Of a stretch of 64,000 nucleotides of DNA, positions 10,402 through 20,614 are shown piece after piece. How positions within the stretch are numbered: the first letter of the stretch is position 1; each line of letters begins with the position of its first letter. The notes under the pieces are model-generated. The model ran no database searches and was not told where the DNA came from. It saw only the letters and a program-made list of their open reading frames with translations. Source of the DNA: an uncultured Oscillospiraceae bacterium (GTDB lineage Bacteria > Bacillota > Clostridia > UMGS1883); assembly GCA_964390145.1 (NCBI GenBank), contig CAYMHB010000004.1, positions 11,545-75,544 of the forward strand. Reading direction: 5' to 3'. The position numbers were made by a program, and so were the translations under genes.

Positions 10402-11391
10402 ATGAAAAAAGGAACTGTAATATTTGAAAAAAAGCCATCTGTACTGTCCTTTTCAGCAGTAGTCGGGAAAAAAGAGGGTGAAGGGCCGCTCGGAAAGTAT
10501 TTTGACGAGGTCGAAACCGACGCATATTTCGGTCAACCCTCGTGGGAAAAGGCAGAAAGCGAAAACCTGCGCCGTAGTGTTTCACACACGCTTAAAAAGG
10601 GCGGTTTTTCCGCAGACGATATTGATTTTTCCATTTCGGGAGATTTGCTCAATCAATGTATTTCATCGGGGTATGCGCTTCGCAGTCTCGGTATTCCCTT
10701 TTTCGGGGTGTACGGAGCTTGTTCGACCATGGCGGAGAGTATGGTGCTCGGCTCTATGATGGTTTCCGGTGGATTTGCAGACCGTATCCTTTGTGCGACA
10801 AGCAGTAATTTCTGCAGTGCGGAAAAGCAGTTCCGCACACCGCTTGAATACGGCGGTCAGCGTACGCCAAACGCCCAATGGACCGTCACGGGAAGCGGCA
10901 GCGTAATCCTCGGGGACGGAGATGGACCCTCTATCGACGCGGTTACCTGCGGAAGAATTATTGACCTCGGCATATGTGACGTTACAAATATGGGTGCGGC
11001 GATGGCACCTGCATTTGTGGACAGCGTTATGAGGCATCTTGATGCAGTGGGAAAGGATGTTTCCGATTATGACCTTATTTTATCGGGCGATTTAGGTATC
11101 GTCGGGAAAAGTATTGCTGTTGAGCTTTTTGAAAAAGAGGGGATAACCCTTGGTGACAGATACAACGACTGCGGTGCAATGATTTTTGACAAAAAAACGC
11201 AGGACACGCACGCAGGCGGAAGCGGTTGCGGTTGCGCGGCATCGGTTTTGTGCGGATATATTCTGCCGAAAATGAAAAAAGGTGAACTGGGAAGAGTTCT
11301 TTTCGGCGCAACGGGAGCGCTTATGAGTCCGACTTCCACAATGCAGGGAGAAAGTATCCCGTCAATTTCGCATATTGTCTCTCTTATGTAA
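10402..11391 (+). CDS. spoVAD: stage V sporulation protein AD
   Basis: At 329 aa it has a thiolase-like fold protein length and the conserved SpoVAD N-terminus. It is coupled to spoVAC with a 3-nt gap and has a GAGGTGA RBS. Confidence 0.85.
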   Translation: MKKGTVIFEKKPSVLSFSAVVGKKEGEGPLGKYFDEVETDAYFGQPSWEKAESENLRRSVSHTLKKGGFSADDIDFSISGDLLNQCISSGYALRSLGIPFFGVYGACSTMAESMVLGSMMVSGGFADRILCATSSNFCSAEKQFRTPLEYGGQRTPNAQWTVTGSGSVILGDGDGPSIDAVTCGRIIDLGICDVTNMGAAMAPAFVDSVMRHLDAVGKDVSDYDLILSGDLGIVGKSIAVELFEKEGITLGDRYNDCGAMIFDKKTQDTHAGGSGCGCAASVLCGYILPKMKKGELGRVLFGATGALMSPTSTMQGESIPSISHIVSLM

Positions 11392-11417
11392 ATAACATAT
11401 AGAGAGGTGTTTATATT

Positions 11418-12101
11418 ATGAGAAAAAACATCATTAAATATATATGGATAACAGCGGCACTTTTGTTGCCGCTTATACTTTTTCTTCAGTACGCCTTTGC
11501 CGAGGAGGAAAAGATTTGCTACATAACTTTCGATGACGGCCCGACGCTGAATACCCCCGAAATTATAAAAACTCTTGAAAAGTATGATGCGAAAGCAACA
11601 TTTTTTGTGCTTGAAGAAAGAATTGTTCAATATCCCGATTTCATAAAGCAGATTCATTACAGCGAAAATGCAATCGGGCTTCACGGAGTAAGTCACAGCG
11701 AGGCGATATATTCCTCGCCCACCTCACCGCTGGAGGAAATGAAAAAAACAGAAAAAACTCTTAAAAGCGTCCTCGGCGAAGGGAGCAAGCTTGTCAGGGT
11801 GCCGTTTGGGTCGAGTTACCGCCTGAACAACGAAATGGCAAAAAACCTTACTGATAACGGCTATATGATATGGGACTGGAATGTAGACCCGCGCGACAGC
11901 GTAGGGATGATTGTTCCCGAAAAGGTGATGGCAAATCTGCGCCGCGACCTCGCACGGTGCAAGGATGTGCCCGTAATTCTTCTCCACGACAGAAAAAGCA
12001 CGTCAAAGCTTCTCCCCATGATGCTCGAATACCTGAAAAAAGAAGGGTATAAGATGCTGCCGCTCAGCGAACTTGAGACACCTGTTAATCACCTTCACTA
12101 A
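11418..12101 (+). CDS. polysaccharide deacetylase (NodB domain), PdaB-like sporulation deacetylase
   Basis: It has a signal/TM N-terminus and the NodB motif ITFDDGP with downstream His motifs (LHGVSH, LLHD). Confidence 0.8.
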   Translation: MRKNIIKYIWITAALLLPLILFLQYAFAEEEKICYITFDDGPTLNTPEIIKTLEKYDAKATFFVLEERIVQYPDFIKQIHYSENAIGLHGVSHSEAIYSSPTSPLEEMKKTEKTLKSVLGEGSKLVRVPFGSSYRLNNEMAKNLTDNGYMIWDWNVDPRDSVGMIVPEKVMANLRRDLARCKDVPVILLHDRKSTSKLLPMMLEYLKKEGYKMLPLSELETPVNHLH

Positions 12102-12115
12102 TTTCAACTTTTGTA

Positions 12116-12144
12116 TTGACAAACGGTTTTTACTGTGATATTAT
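12116..12144 (+). promoter_or_regulatory. sigma-A promoter for rpsO (TTGACA, 17 nt, TATTAT)
   Basis: -35 at 12116-12121 and -10 at 12139-12144, followed by a structured leader (12150-12230) before the rpsO RBS. Confidence 0.55.
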
Positions 12145-12250
12145 GCTATTTGGCATATTATCCCGTTGCTATGGATTGCGGTTTCTCCAACCCTCTCCTT
12201 GGGAATGCGGAGGTTTTGCCATAAAATATTTTTAAGGAGGTTTCTTTGTT

Positions 12251-12514
12251 ATGTTAAAAGAAAAGAAACAGAGCATTATTGATCAGTACAAGCTTCACGA
12301 GGGCGACACAGGTTCTCCCGAGGTACAGATTGCTATTCTTACAGAAAGAATCAATCACCTCAACGAGCATCTTAAGGTTTACAAGAAGGACCATCACTCA
12401 AGACGCGGTCTTCTTAAGATGGTTGGTCAGAGAAGAGGTCTTCTCAACTACCTTACAAAGGTTGACATCAACCGTTACCGTGCAATCGTTGAAAAGCTCG
12501 GTCTCAGAAAGTAA
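12251..12514 (+). CDS. rpsO: 30S ribosomal protein S15
   Basis: The 87-aa protein matches S15 throughout ([25 protein letters not shown]...[12 protein letters not shown]). The RBS is AAGGAGG. Confidence 0.95.
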   Translation: MLKEKKQSIIDQYKLHEGDTGSPEVQIAILTERINHLNEHLKVYKKDHHSRRGLLKMVGQRRGLLNYLTKVDINRYRAIVEKLGLRK

Positions 12515-12560
12515 TCAGCTCAAAATGGTATCGGAGGAGCATCGCTCCTCCGACCTATTA

Positions 12561-12587
12561 AAGTCAGGCTCGCACCTGACTTTTTGT
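12561..12587 (+). terminator. rpsO terminator / pnp leader hairpin
   Basis: AGTCAGGCTCGCACCTGACTTTTTG. A preceding hairpin GGAGGAGCATCGCTCCTCC at about 12530-12550 forms the classic rpsO-pnp intercistronic structured region. Confidence 0.65.
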
Positions 12588-12702
12588 CAATAAGAAAGGG
12601 TGTTGGGTTAGCACTTAAGAAAGAGGGACAAGCTTCGCTTCTTCAGTTTTCTTAAGTGATAAACAACTACCCTTTCAAGAAAATAAAATTGGAGGTTTAG
12701 TT

Positions 12703-14796
12703 ATGTTTAAGACTTTTGAAACAGAGTTTTGTGGCAGAAAGCTTGTTGTAGAAACAGGTAAAATGGCACAGCTCGCAGGCGGAAGCTGTCTTGTTCGTTA
12801 CGGTGAAACAGTTGTACACGCAACAGCAACCGCATCAGCAAAGCCCAGAGAAGGCGTTGATTTCTTCCCTCTGGCAGTAGATTATGAGGAAAAGCTTTAC
12901 GCTGTTGGTAAAATCCCCGGCAGTTTCTTAAAGAGAGAGGGTCGTCCTACTGAAAAGGCAATTCTTGCTTCAAGATGTATCGACCGTCCCATCCGTCCTC
13001 TTTTCCCCAAGGACCTTCGTAACGACGTTGCAGTTGTTACAACAGTTATGAGCGTAGAGCCTGACAACGACCCCGTTGTTACCGCTATGATCGGTGCTTC
13101 TATTGCTATTTCTATTTCTTCTGTTCCCTTCGCAGGTCCTATCGCAGGTGCAACAGTTGGTCTTGTTGACGGTAAGGTTGTAGTTAACCCCACTAAAGAA
13201 CAGCGCGACAAGAGCGAAATGTTCCTCACAATCGCAGGCACAAAAGAAAAGGTTAATATGATTGAAGCAGGTGCAAATCAGGTGCCCGAAGATCTCGTAT
13301 TCGAGGGTATTATGGCTGCACACGCTGAAATCTCTAAGATGTGCGAATTTATTGAAGGCATCCAGAAGGAAATCGGCAAGCCCAAGTTCGATTACGAGCA
13401 TATGGAAGTTCCCGAAGATGTTTACGAAGCAGTTAAGGAAATTGCAATCGAAAAGGTTCGCGCAGCACTTGACACAGATGACAAGAACATTCGTGAAGAA
13501 AACCTTAAGGAAGTTTACGGTTTCGTTTACGAAGCACTCTCTGAGCGTTTCCCCGAAATGGAAGGCGTTATTGACGAGGCTCTCTATAAATTGCAGAAAT
13601 ACGTTGTGCGTCGCTGGATCCTCGACGATGGCAAGCGTGTTGACGGTCGCGGTCTTAACGACATCCGTCCTCTTGCATCTGAAGTAGGTATCCTTCCCCG
13701 TACACACGGCAGCGGTATGTTCACACGCGGACAGACTCAGGTTCTTACAACCTGTACTCTTGGTATGGTTTCAGAGGAACAGCTCCTTGACGGTATCGAT
13801 GATGAGGAAACAAAGCGCTATATGCACCACTACAATTTCCCCTCATACTCCGTTGGCGAAACAAGAGCAAGCAGAGGCCCCGGAAGACGTGAAATCGGTC
13901 ACGGCGCACTCGCTGAAAAGGCGCTCGTTCCCGTTATCCCCTCAACAGATGAATTCCCCTACACACTCCGTCTTGTATCTGAAGTTCTTTCTTCTAACGG
14001 TTCTACTTCACAGGGTAGTATCTGCGGAAGCACACTTGCACTTATGGATGCAGGCGTTCCGATTAAGGCGCCCGTTGCAGGTATCTCCTGCGGTCTCGTA
14101 ACAGAGGGCGACCGTTATATCACAATGGTTGATATTCAGGGTCTTGAAGACTTCTTCGGCGATATGGACTTCAAGGTAGCAGGTACTAAAGACGGTATCA
14201 CAGCTATTCAGGTTGATATCAAGATTGACGGTCTTTCACCCGAAATCATCCGTGAAGCTCTCGAAAAGACAAAAGAGGCTCGCTACAAGATTCTTGACGA
14301 ATGTATGCTTCCCTGCATCGCAGAGCCCCGCGAAACTCTTTCAAAATATGCTCCCAAGATTATCTCCACTACTATCGATCCCGAAAAGATTCGTGAGGTT
14401 ATCGGCAGCGGCGGCAAGGTAATCCAGAAGATTGTTGCTGAAACAGGCGTTAAAATTGATATCGAAGACAACGGCACAGTATTCTTTGCAGGAACTGACC
14501 CGGAAGGTCTTGACCGTGCATTCAGAATTGTTCGTGGTATTGCAGGCGATATTGAAATCGGTGATGTTTTCAGCGCAACTGTTACAAAGCTTATGGATTT
14601 TGGCGCATTTGTTGAGTATCTTCCCGGTAAGGAAGGTCTTGTTCACATCAGCAAGCTCGACACAAAGAGAGTTGAAAAGGTTTCTGATGTTGTAAGCGTA
14701 GGCGACCGTATCAATGTTATGCTTATAGAAATTGACCGTATGGGACGCTACAATTTCTCACGCAAAGACACAATGATTATTCCTGAAGAAGAATAA
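12703..14796 (+). CDS. pnp: polynucleotide phosphorylase
   Basis: The 697-aa protein has two RNase PH domains plus KH and S1 domains (FFGDMDFKVAGT, C-terminal IGDVFSATVTKLMDFGAFV). Confidence 0.95.
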   Translation: MFKTFETEFCGRKLVVETGKMAQLAGGSCLVRYGETVVHATATASAKPREGVDFFPLAVDYEEKLYAVGKIPGSFLKREGRPTEKAILASRCIDRPIRPLFPKDLRNDVAVVTTVMSVEPDNDPVVTAMIGASIAISISSVPFAGPIAGATVGLVDGKVVVNPTKEQRDKSEMFLTIAGTKEKVNMIEAGANQVPEDLVFEGIMAAHAEISKMCEFIEGIQKEIGKPKFDYEHMEVPEDVYEAVKEIAIEKVRAALDTDDKNIREENLKEVYGFVYEALSERFPEMEGVIDEALYKLQKYVVRRWILDDGKRVDGRGLNDIRPLASEVGILPRTHGSGMFTRGQTQVLTTCTLGMVSEEQLLDGIDDEETKRYMHHYNFPSYSVGETRASRGPGRREIGHGALAEKALVPVIPSTDEFPYTLRLVSEVLSSNGSTSQGSICGSTLALMDAGVPIKAPVAGISCGLVTEGDRYITMVDIQGLEDFFGDMDFKVAGTKDGITAIQVDIKIDGLSPEIIREALEKTKEARYKILDECMLPCIAEPRETLSKYAPKIISTTIDPEKIREVIGSGGKVIQKIVAETGVKIDIEDNGTVFFAGTDPEGLDRAFRIVRGIAGDIEIGDVFSATVTKLMDFGAFVEYLPGKEGLVHISKLDTKRVEKVSDVVSVGDRINVMLIEIDRMGRYNFSRKDTMIIPEEE

Positions 14797-14802
14797 AAAA
14801 AT

Positions 14803-14838
14803 AAAGAAGCGTCTACCTTGTGGACGCTTCTTTTTCAC
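14803..14838 (+). terminator. intrinsic terminator after pnp
   Basis: AAAGAAGCGTC...GACGCTTCTTTTT. Confidence 0.7.
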
Positions 14839-14888
14839 TTAAAAAAGCATATGCTTTAAGTAGGACTATCAAGATTGGAGATTATGCT

Positions 14889-15914
14889 ATGAATATAGTT
14901 GTACTTGCAGGCGGTCTCAGCACCGAGCGCAACGTTTCCCTGACAACAGGGGCAAAGGTACAGAACGCACTTGTGGAAAGCGGACATCACGCAATTCTGG
15001 CAGATGTTTTTATGGGATATAAGCTCTGCGGCAGTATCGAAGACGAATTTAAAAATGCAACAAAGGGTGCACATATTGAAAAAATAAGCGAAATTGTTCC
15101 CGATCTGGAAGCAGTTAAAAAAGCTCGCGGAACAAATCCCGATGTGTTTTTTGGCGAAAACATAATTGAACTTTGTTCATATGCGGATGTTGTTTTTATG
15201 GCGCTTCACGGTGAAAACGGTGAAAATGGCAGACTTCAGGCGGCGTTTGACCTGCTCGGTATCAAATATACGGGCAGCGGTTATCTTGGTTGTGCGGTAA
15301 GCATGCATAAAAACCTCACCAAACAGCTTTTCAAGGCGTTTGGTGTACCCACTCCCGAGGGCAGAATGATTACAAAAGGCGAAAAGGTTTCTTTCTCCGA
15401 TTTCGGCGGAGGAAAAGTCGTTGTAAAAACCTGCTGCGGAGGTAGTTCAATCGGCGTTTATATAGCGGACAACGAGAAGGCGTTTGACGACGCTGTAAAA
15501 GCGGCGTTTGAGCTTGAAGATGAAATTCTCGTGGAAAAATTCATCCGCGGACGCGAATTTTCTGTAGGTGTTTTGGGCGATATGGCGCTTCCTGCGATTG
15601 AAATCATCCCCAAAGAGGGTTTCTACGATTACAAAAACAAGTATCAGGCAGATGCTACAGTCGAAATCTGTCCTGCTGAAATTACGAAAGAGCAGTCAGA
15701 CAAAATGCTCTCTGCGGCAAAAAAGGCGTTTAAGACACTTGGTCTTCGCGGATATGCGCGTATGGACTTTTTGCTTGACGAAAATGACAATGTATACTGC
15801 CTGGAGGCAAATTCTCTTCCCGGTATGACACCGACAAGCCTTCTTCCGCAGGAAGCTGCAGCTGTGGGTATTTCCTACAACGAACTTTGCGAGAAGATTA
15901 TATCTCTTTCATAA
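14889..15914 (+). CDS. ddl: D-alanine--D-alanine ligase
   Basis: It has an ATP-grasp fold and the N-terminus MNIVVLAGGLSTERNVSL. The internal ATG at 14889 with a GGAG RBS was chosen over the longer ORF start. Confidence 0.88.
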   Translation: MNIVVLAGGLSTERNVSLTTGAKVQNALVESGHHAILADVFMGYKLCGSIEDEFKNATKGAHIEKISEIVPDLEAVKKARGTNPDVFFGENIIELCSYADVVFMALHGENGENGRLQAAFDLLGIKYTGSGYLGCAVSMHKNLTKQLFKAFGVPTPEGRMITKGEKVSFSDFGGGKVVVKTCCGGSSIGVYIADNEKAFDDAVKAAFELEDEILVEKFIRGREFSVGVLGDMALPAIEIIPKEGFYDYKNKYQADATVEICPAEITKEQSDKMLSAAKKAFKTLGLRGYARMDFLLDENDNVYCLEANSLPGMTPTSLLPQEAAAVGISYNELCEKIISLS

Positions 15915-15947
15915 AGAATACCGCGACTCTCAAGGAGGTTGTTTTTA

Positions 15948-17308
15948 TGACCGCAAAAATAGATTTTACAATAAGAGAAATAATGCTGGCCGCAAACGGC
16001 ACTTTTACGGGCGATTGTACGCTTCTTGACGAGCGCATAACAACAACCGTAATTGACAGCAGAAAAGCGGTAGCGGGCAGTCTTTTCATTGCTATCAAGG
16101 GTGAAAAGGTTGACGGTTATGACTATATTCCTGCGGCGGTGGAAAATGGTGCACTCTGTGTCATTACAAACCGCGCGTATGAGGGATTTCCCTGCGTTAT
16201 AGTAAATGACCCCGTGAAAGCTTTTCAGGATATTGCGCGCGCCTACAGAAAAAAGCTTAATATTACAGTTATCGGCATCACGGGGAGCGTCGGCAAAACC
16301 ACAACAAAGGAAATTGTTGCGTCTGTCCTTGAACAGAAGTATAAGGTTATAAAGACCGAGGGCAATTTCAACAACGGACTTGGTCTTCCCCTGACCATTA
16401 TGTCTATCCGTCCTGATACGGAAATAGCCGTTGTGGAAATGGGTATGAACCATTTTGGAGAGATGCGACTTCTTTCTTCAATCGCAGTACCTACTATGTG
16501 CATTATGACAAATATCGGCGTGTCGCATATAGAAAACCTGGGTTCACGCGAAAACATTCTTGCGGCAAAGAGCGAAATTTTTGAATATATGAGCAGAACT
16601 GCACGCTGCATTTTAAACGGCGATGACGATTTGCTCCGCACTCTTGATGTTCCCAACCGATGCGATTACGGATTTGATTCGGGTAACGATATTTATATCG
16701 AATCATTCTATGAACACGGCTTTGACGGAACTGATTTTCAGGCTGATATGTTCGGCGAAAAATATGACTGCCATATCTCTGTGCCCGGTCGCCATGTTCT
16801 TTTTGCGGCAATGGCGGCAATGGCGGCAGGAAGCTGGCTCGGTCTTACTCACAGTCAGATTGAAGACGGCATCGCTGCGGCAAAGACTATCAGCGGACGT
16901 ACAAACATAATAAAAACTCCACGATACACCCTTATTGATGACTGCTATAATGCGGCTCCGCAGTCGATGAAAAGCGGTATCGACCTGCTTTCAAAAAGCG
17001 ACGGATACCCCCGAAATGTCGCTATTTTCGGCGATATGGGCGAGCTTGGAGCTGACGAAAGATACCTGCACAGATCTGTCGGTGAATATGCAGCAAAAAG
17101 CAAAATCGACCTTCTTGTTACGATAGGTGCTCTCTCAAAAGAAACTTTTGAGGGGGCTGTGAATAACGGCGGAAAGGCAATATGGTTCGAAACGAAGGAA
17201 GAATTCCTTGAAAAAATGGATTCAATCCTCCGTGACGGAGATGCAATTCTTATAAAAGCATCTCACTTTATGAACTTTGCAAAAATTGTAGAAATTTTGA
17301 GAAAGTAA
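15948..17308 (+). CDS. murF: UDP-N-acetylmuramoyl-tripeptide--D-alanyl-D-alanine ligase
   Basis: It shows the Mur ligase family pattern (GITGSVGKTTTKE, DDCYNA). The start is MTAKIDF, preceded by a CAAGGAGG RBS. Confidence 0.85.
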
Positions 17309-17311
17309 TTA

Positions 17312-17343
17312 AAAAAGCAGTTCTCGTTGAGAACTGCTTTTTC
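17312..17343. terminator. bidirectional terminator between murF and the convergent membrane protein gene
   Basis: AAAAAGCAGTTCTCGTTGAGAACTGCTTTTT. Confidence 0.7.
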
Positions 17344-17366
17344 ACGGCGTTCACACGTCGCTAAGT

Positions 17367-18416
17367 TTATTTTAAGGGATTTATCGGCGCTGCATCCATA
17401 TTGGATATGTGCCTGCGGAGAATTCTCTTTCTGGAAATTCTGAATGCGTTTGTGCGATATTCCACACGCGCCTCAAGTTCTTTTCTCTTGAAATCGCGGC
17501 ACAAAATTCCCGAAAGCAGAAGTATCAATTCCACTACGAGATGAGCCAGTGCGGAAGAATATATGTAAGAAATGTCGGGCACCGCGCGAGCTATTTCGCC
17601 TAAGTTTTCAAGACTTAAAACCTGCATAGGCATAGCAACCATATTTATATACGGACGCACTTCGCTCATAGAAAGAAGAATAAGACTCATTGCCGCATAA
17701 ATCACATATGATGCCATACTTATAACGCAGTAGTCTGTAAACTTTGAAAACACGCGATAATAAATACGCTGTCTTCTCAGCAAAACATACACGAAAATCA
17801 GCATTGATGTTGCTGCGCATAAAAAAGTGAAGAAATCGTTGTATTTATCGAAAGATGCAAGAGCATATTTTTTGATTAAATAAAACGGAAGTGAACACAA
17901 AACGGAGTAGAATAAAATAATAATCGCGCGCTTTGTCACTTCGTCAGCAATTACGGGAAAACGCGAAAAGCCGCAAATCTGCACAACACTGAGCAGAATG
18001 GAAAATGCGATTGCAAAATTCGTGCAGGTCATGACTAAAAATTCAATATCTGAATTAAGAACTCTGAACAGCGCAAAGAATGACAATCCCACAAATGCGC
18101 CGAAAATCAGTTTTGAGAAAAACACTGCGCAAATGTAAAGCGGAGAAATCTTTCTGTCTTGGTCTTTAACTGCAAGTGCCTTGTAGACTTTTTTCTTCCT
18201 TCCGGAAGGATTTTTCTCGTCCGAAGTATAAACACCTATTGTATGAACGAAGTGTGATTTCCTGATAACCAAAGAGTGCACAAGCGCAATAGGAAACAAA
18301 AAGAACGAATAGATATACCATTTTGAAAAGCGCAAATCTTTGCACGCTGCTATAATAGCAGGTATGAATGCCACGATTATCAGAACCAGTATGCCCGCAA
18401 ACAGAATAAATGTCAC
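17367..18416 (-). CDS. hypothetical polytopic membrane protein
   Basis: This is a 349-aa ORF with multiple hydrophobic segments. I recognise no family. Confidence 0.5.
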   Translation of the reverse strand: MTFILFAGILVLIIVAFIPAIIAACKDLRFSKWYIYSFFLFPIALVHSLVIRKSHFVHTIGVYTSDEKNPSGRKKKVYKALAVKDQDRKISPLYICAVFFSKLIFGAFVGLSFFALFRVLNSDIEFLVMTCTNFAIAFSILLSVVQICGFSRFPVIADEVTKRAIIILFYSVLCSLPFYLIKKYALASFDKYNDFFTFLCAATSMLIFVYVLLRRQRIYYRVFSKFTDYCVISMASYVIYAAMSLILLSMSEVRPYINMVAMPMQVLSLENLGEIARAVPDISYIYSSALAHLVVELILLLSGILCRDFKRKELEARVEYRTNAFRISRKRILRRHISNMDAAPINPLK

Positions 18417-18452
18417 TTTTATCTCCCCTTTATAAAGATTTGTGAACCATTA

Positions 18453-19889
18453 TCAATATGCCTTGCCCCAATATACCATTGTCTTTGCCTTTTTGCCACA
18501 ACAAACACAAGTTTCGCCAAGTTCTTCCTGCTCAAAAGGCATACAACGAGCGGTTGCGCCTGTATCTTCCTTAATTTTGTTTTCGCAAGCCTCGTCGCCG
18601 CACCACATTGATTTTACAAAACCGGACTTTGTGTCAACGATGTTTTTGAATTCTTCATAATCTTTAGCAACGTAAGTATGCTCGTTACGGTGCTCAAGCG
18701 CTCGGTTAAAGAGGTTGTTCTGAATATCCTCAAGGAGGTTTGCTACTGTTTCTTCGATGTTGTCAAGACTTGCCACCTGTTTTTCACCTGTGTCACGTCT
18801 TACGAGTACGCAGCAGTTATTTTCAATGTCCTTGGGACCGATTTCAAGACGTACGGGAACGCCCTTCATTTCGTATTCAGCAAACTTCCAGCCCGGAGTC
18901 TTGTCTGAAAGGTCAATATCTGCACGAACTGTCTTTTTAAGAGTGTTACAAAGCTCGGCAGCCTTTTCTGCTACGCCTTCCTTATGCATAGCAATCGGAA
19001 CTACCATTACCTGCTTGGGAGCAATTCTGGGAGGAAGAACAAGTCCGCTGTTATCGCCGTGTACCATGATGAGCGCACCGATAAGACGTGTTGTAACGCC
19101 CCATGATGTCTGGAACACATGCTGAAGCTTGTTTTCCTTGTCAGAATACTGAATGCCGAATGCCTTTGCAAAGCCGTCGCCGAAGTTGTGGCTTGTGCCT
19201 GACTGAAGCGCCTTTCCGTCGTGCATAAGGCTTTCTATTGTATAGGTCGCAATTGCGCCTGCAAATTTTTCCTTATCTGTCTTTCTGCCCTTTACAACGG
19301 GGATTGCAAGATACTGCTCACAGAAATCCGCATATACATTCAGCATACGGATTGTTTCCTCCTGCGCTTCCTCAGCCGTTGCGTGAGCGGTATGACCCTC
19401 CTGCCACAAGAATTCCATACTGCGGAGGAAGGGGCGTGTTGTCTTTTCCCAACGAACAACGCTGCACCACTGATTATAAAGCTTGGGAAGGTCGCGGTGT
19501 GACTGAATAATGTTCTTGTAATGCTCGCAGAAAAGCGTTTCACTTGTGGGACGCACGCACATACGCTCGGCAAGTTTTTCCCCGCCGCCGTGTGTTACCC
19601 ACGCAACCTCGGGCGCAAAACCTTCAACGTGGTCTTTTTCTTTCTGCAAAAGTCCCTCGGGAATAAACATAGGCATATACACGTTTTCGTGGCCGAGTTC
19701 CTTGAACTTTGAGTCAAGTACGTGCTGGATATTTTCCCACAATGCATACGCATAGGGACGGAAAACACAACAACCCTTGATGCTTGTATATTCAATAAGG
19801 TCTGCCTTTTTTACAATGTCGGTATACCAACGGGCAAAATCCTCATCCATTGATGTAATTTCTTCTACTAATTTCTTTTCTTTGCTCAT
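18453..19889 (-). CDS. proS: proline--tRNA ligase (archaeal/eukaryote-like class II form with C-terminal zinc-binding domain)
   Basis: The 478-aa protein has class II aaRS motifs and a C-terminal CxxC...CVCCGK zinc ribbon typical of this ProRS type. Confidence 0.9.
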   Translation of the reverse strand: MSKEKKLVEEITSMDEDFARWYTDIVKKADLIEYTSIKGCCVFRPYAYALWENIQHVLDSKFKELGHENVYMPMFIPEGLLQKEKDHVEGFAPEVAWVTHGGGEKLAERMCVRPTSETLFCEHYKNIIQSHRDLPKLYNQWCSVVRWEKTTRPFLRSMEFLWQEGHTAHATAEEAQEETIRMLNVYADFCEQYLAIPVVKGRKTDKEKFAGAIATYTIESLMHDGKALQSGTSHNFGDGFAKAFGIQYSDKENKLQHVFQTSWGVTTRLIGALIMVHGDNSGLVLPPRIAPKQVMVVPIAMHKEGVAEKAAELCNTLKKTVRADIDLSDKTPGWKFAEYEMKGVPVRLEIGPKDIENNCCVLVRRDTGEKQVASLDNIEETVANLLEDIQNNLFNRALEHRNEHTYVAKDYEEFKNIVDTKSGFVKSMWCGDEACENKIKEDTGATARCMPFEQEELGETCVCCGKKAKTMVYWGKAY

Positions 19890-19927
19890 AGCCGATGTCC
19901 TCTCAAAACATATTATTTATCTAGTTT

Positions 19928-20003
19928 ATTCTATCAAATAAGCGGCATTTTGTCAATTATTATTGCGCGCTTGATTGACAAATTACCTTTCCTGTTATAA
20001 AAT
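19928..20003. promoter_or_regulatory. divergent sigma-A promoters for proS (minus) and comEB (plus) whose -35 boxes form a 9-bp inverted repeat
   Basis: Plus: TTGACA 19975-19980, 17 nt, TAAAAT 19998-20003. Minus: TTGACA (revcomp at 19951-19956), 17 nt, TAGAAT (revcomp 19928-19933). TTTGTCAAT...ATTGACAAA is an inverted repeat. Confidence 0.5.
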
Positions 20004-20027
20004 TTAATAAAAGGGGGTATTTTACCT

Positions 20028-20519
20028 ATGGAAAGACGCGATAAACATAATTATTATCTTGATATAGCAACAACCGTACTCGAACGAGGCACTTGCCTGC
20101 GCAGAAATTACGGTTCGATTATTGTTAAAAACGATGAAATCATCTCGACAGGCTATACGGGTGCGCCCCGTGGCAGAAAAAACTGTCTTGATTTAGGATA
20201 TTGCCGCAGGGAAAAGCTTCAGATTCCCAGAGGTGAGCGTTACGAGCTTTGCAGAAGCGTACATAGCGAGGCTAACGCAATCATAAGTGCGCCCAGACGC
20301 GATATGATTGGTGCAACACTCTACCTTGCAGGTCGCGACTGCAAGACGGGTGAGCTTGTGCACGATGCGACAAGCTGTGCCATGTGTAAGCGCCATATAA
20401 TTAACGCAGGTATTGCAAAAGTTGTTGTGCGCCGCGATGAGAATAATTACGAAATTATTGACGTTGAGCGCGACTGGATTGAAAATGACGACAGTCTGGG
20501 AGATAAATTAGGCTATTAA
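20028..20519 (+). CDS. comEB: dCMP deaminase (ComEB-like cytidine/deoxycytidylate deaminase)
   Basis: It has the zinc-binding HSEANAI and CAMCKRHI (PCxxC) motifs. The RBS is AAAGGGGG. Confidence 0.85.
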   Translation: MERRDKHNYYLDIATTVLERGTCLRRNYGSIIVKNDEIISTGYTGAPRGRKNCLDLGYCRREKLQIPRGERYELCRSVHSEANAIISAPRRDMIGATLYLAGRDCKTGELVHDATSCAMCKRHIINAGIAKVVVRRDENNYEIIDVERDWIENDDSLGDKLGY

Positions 20520-20543
20520 ATGCGAAATGTGAAATTATAGAAG

Positions 20544-20595
20544 ATTTTCGCAGCAGCGAAAATCCACATTCATTTCGAACTCCGAACTTCGAATT
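20544..20595. repeat. terminator hairpin plus conserved TYCACATTCATTTCGAAYTTCGAATT motif, copy 1
   Basis: Hairpin ATTTTCGCAGCAGCGAAAAT followed by TCCACATTCATTTCGAACTCCGAACTTCGAATT. Confidence 0.6.
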
Positions 20596-20614
20596 AAAAA
20601 CGGAGGAACAAAAA

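Noticed and set aside
12897-13707. Antisense ORFs inside pnp (114 and 245 aa), and similar antisense or overlapping ORFs inside mutS2, gdhA, serS, parB, mnmG and others
   Set aside because: They are entirely embedded in strongly supported conserved genes on the opposite strand or another frame. They have low-complexity or Cys/His-rich junk translations and no RBS.
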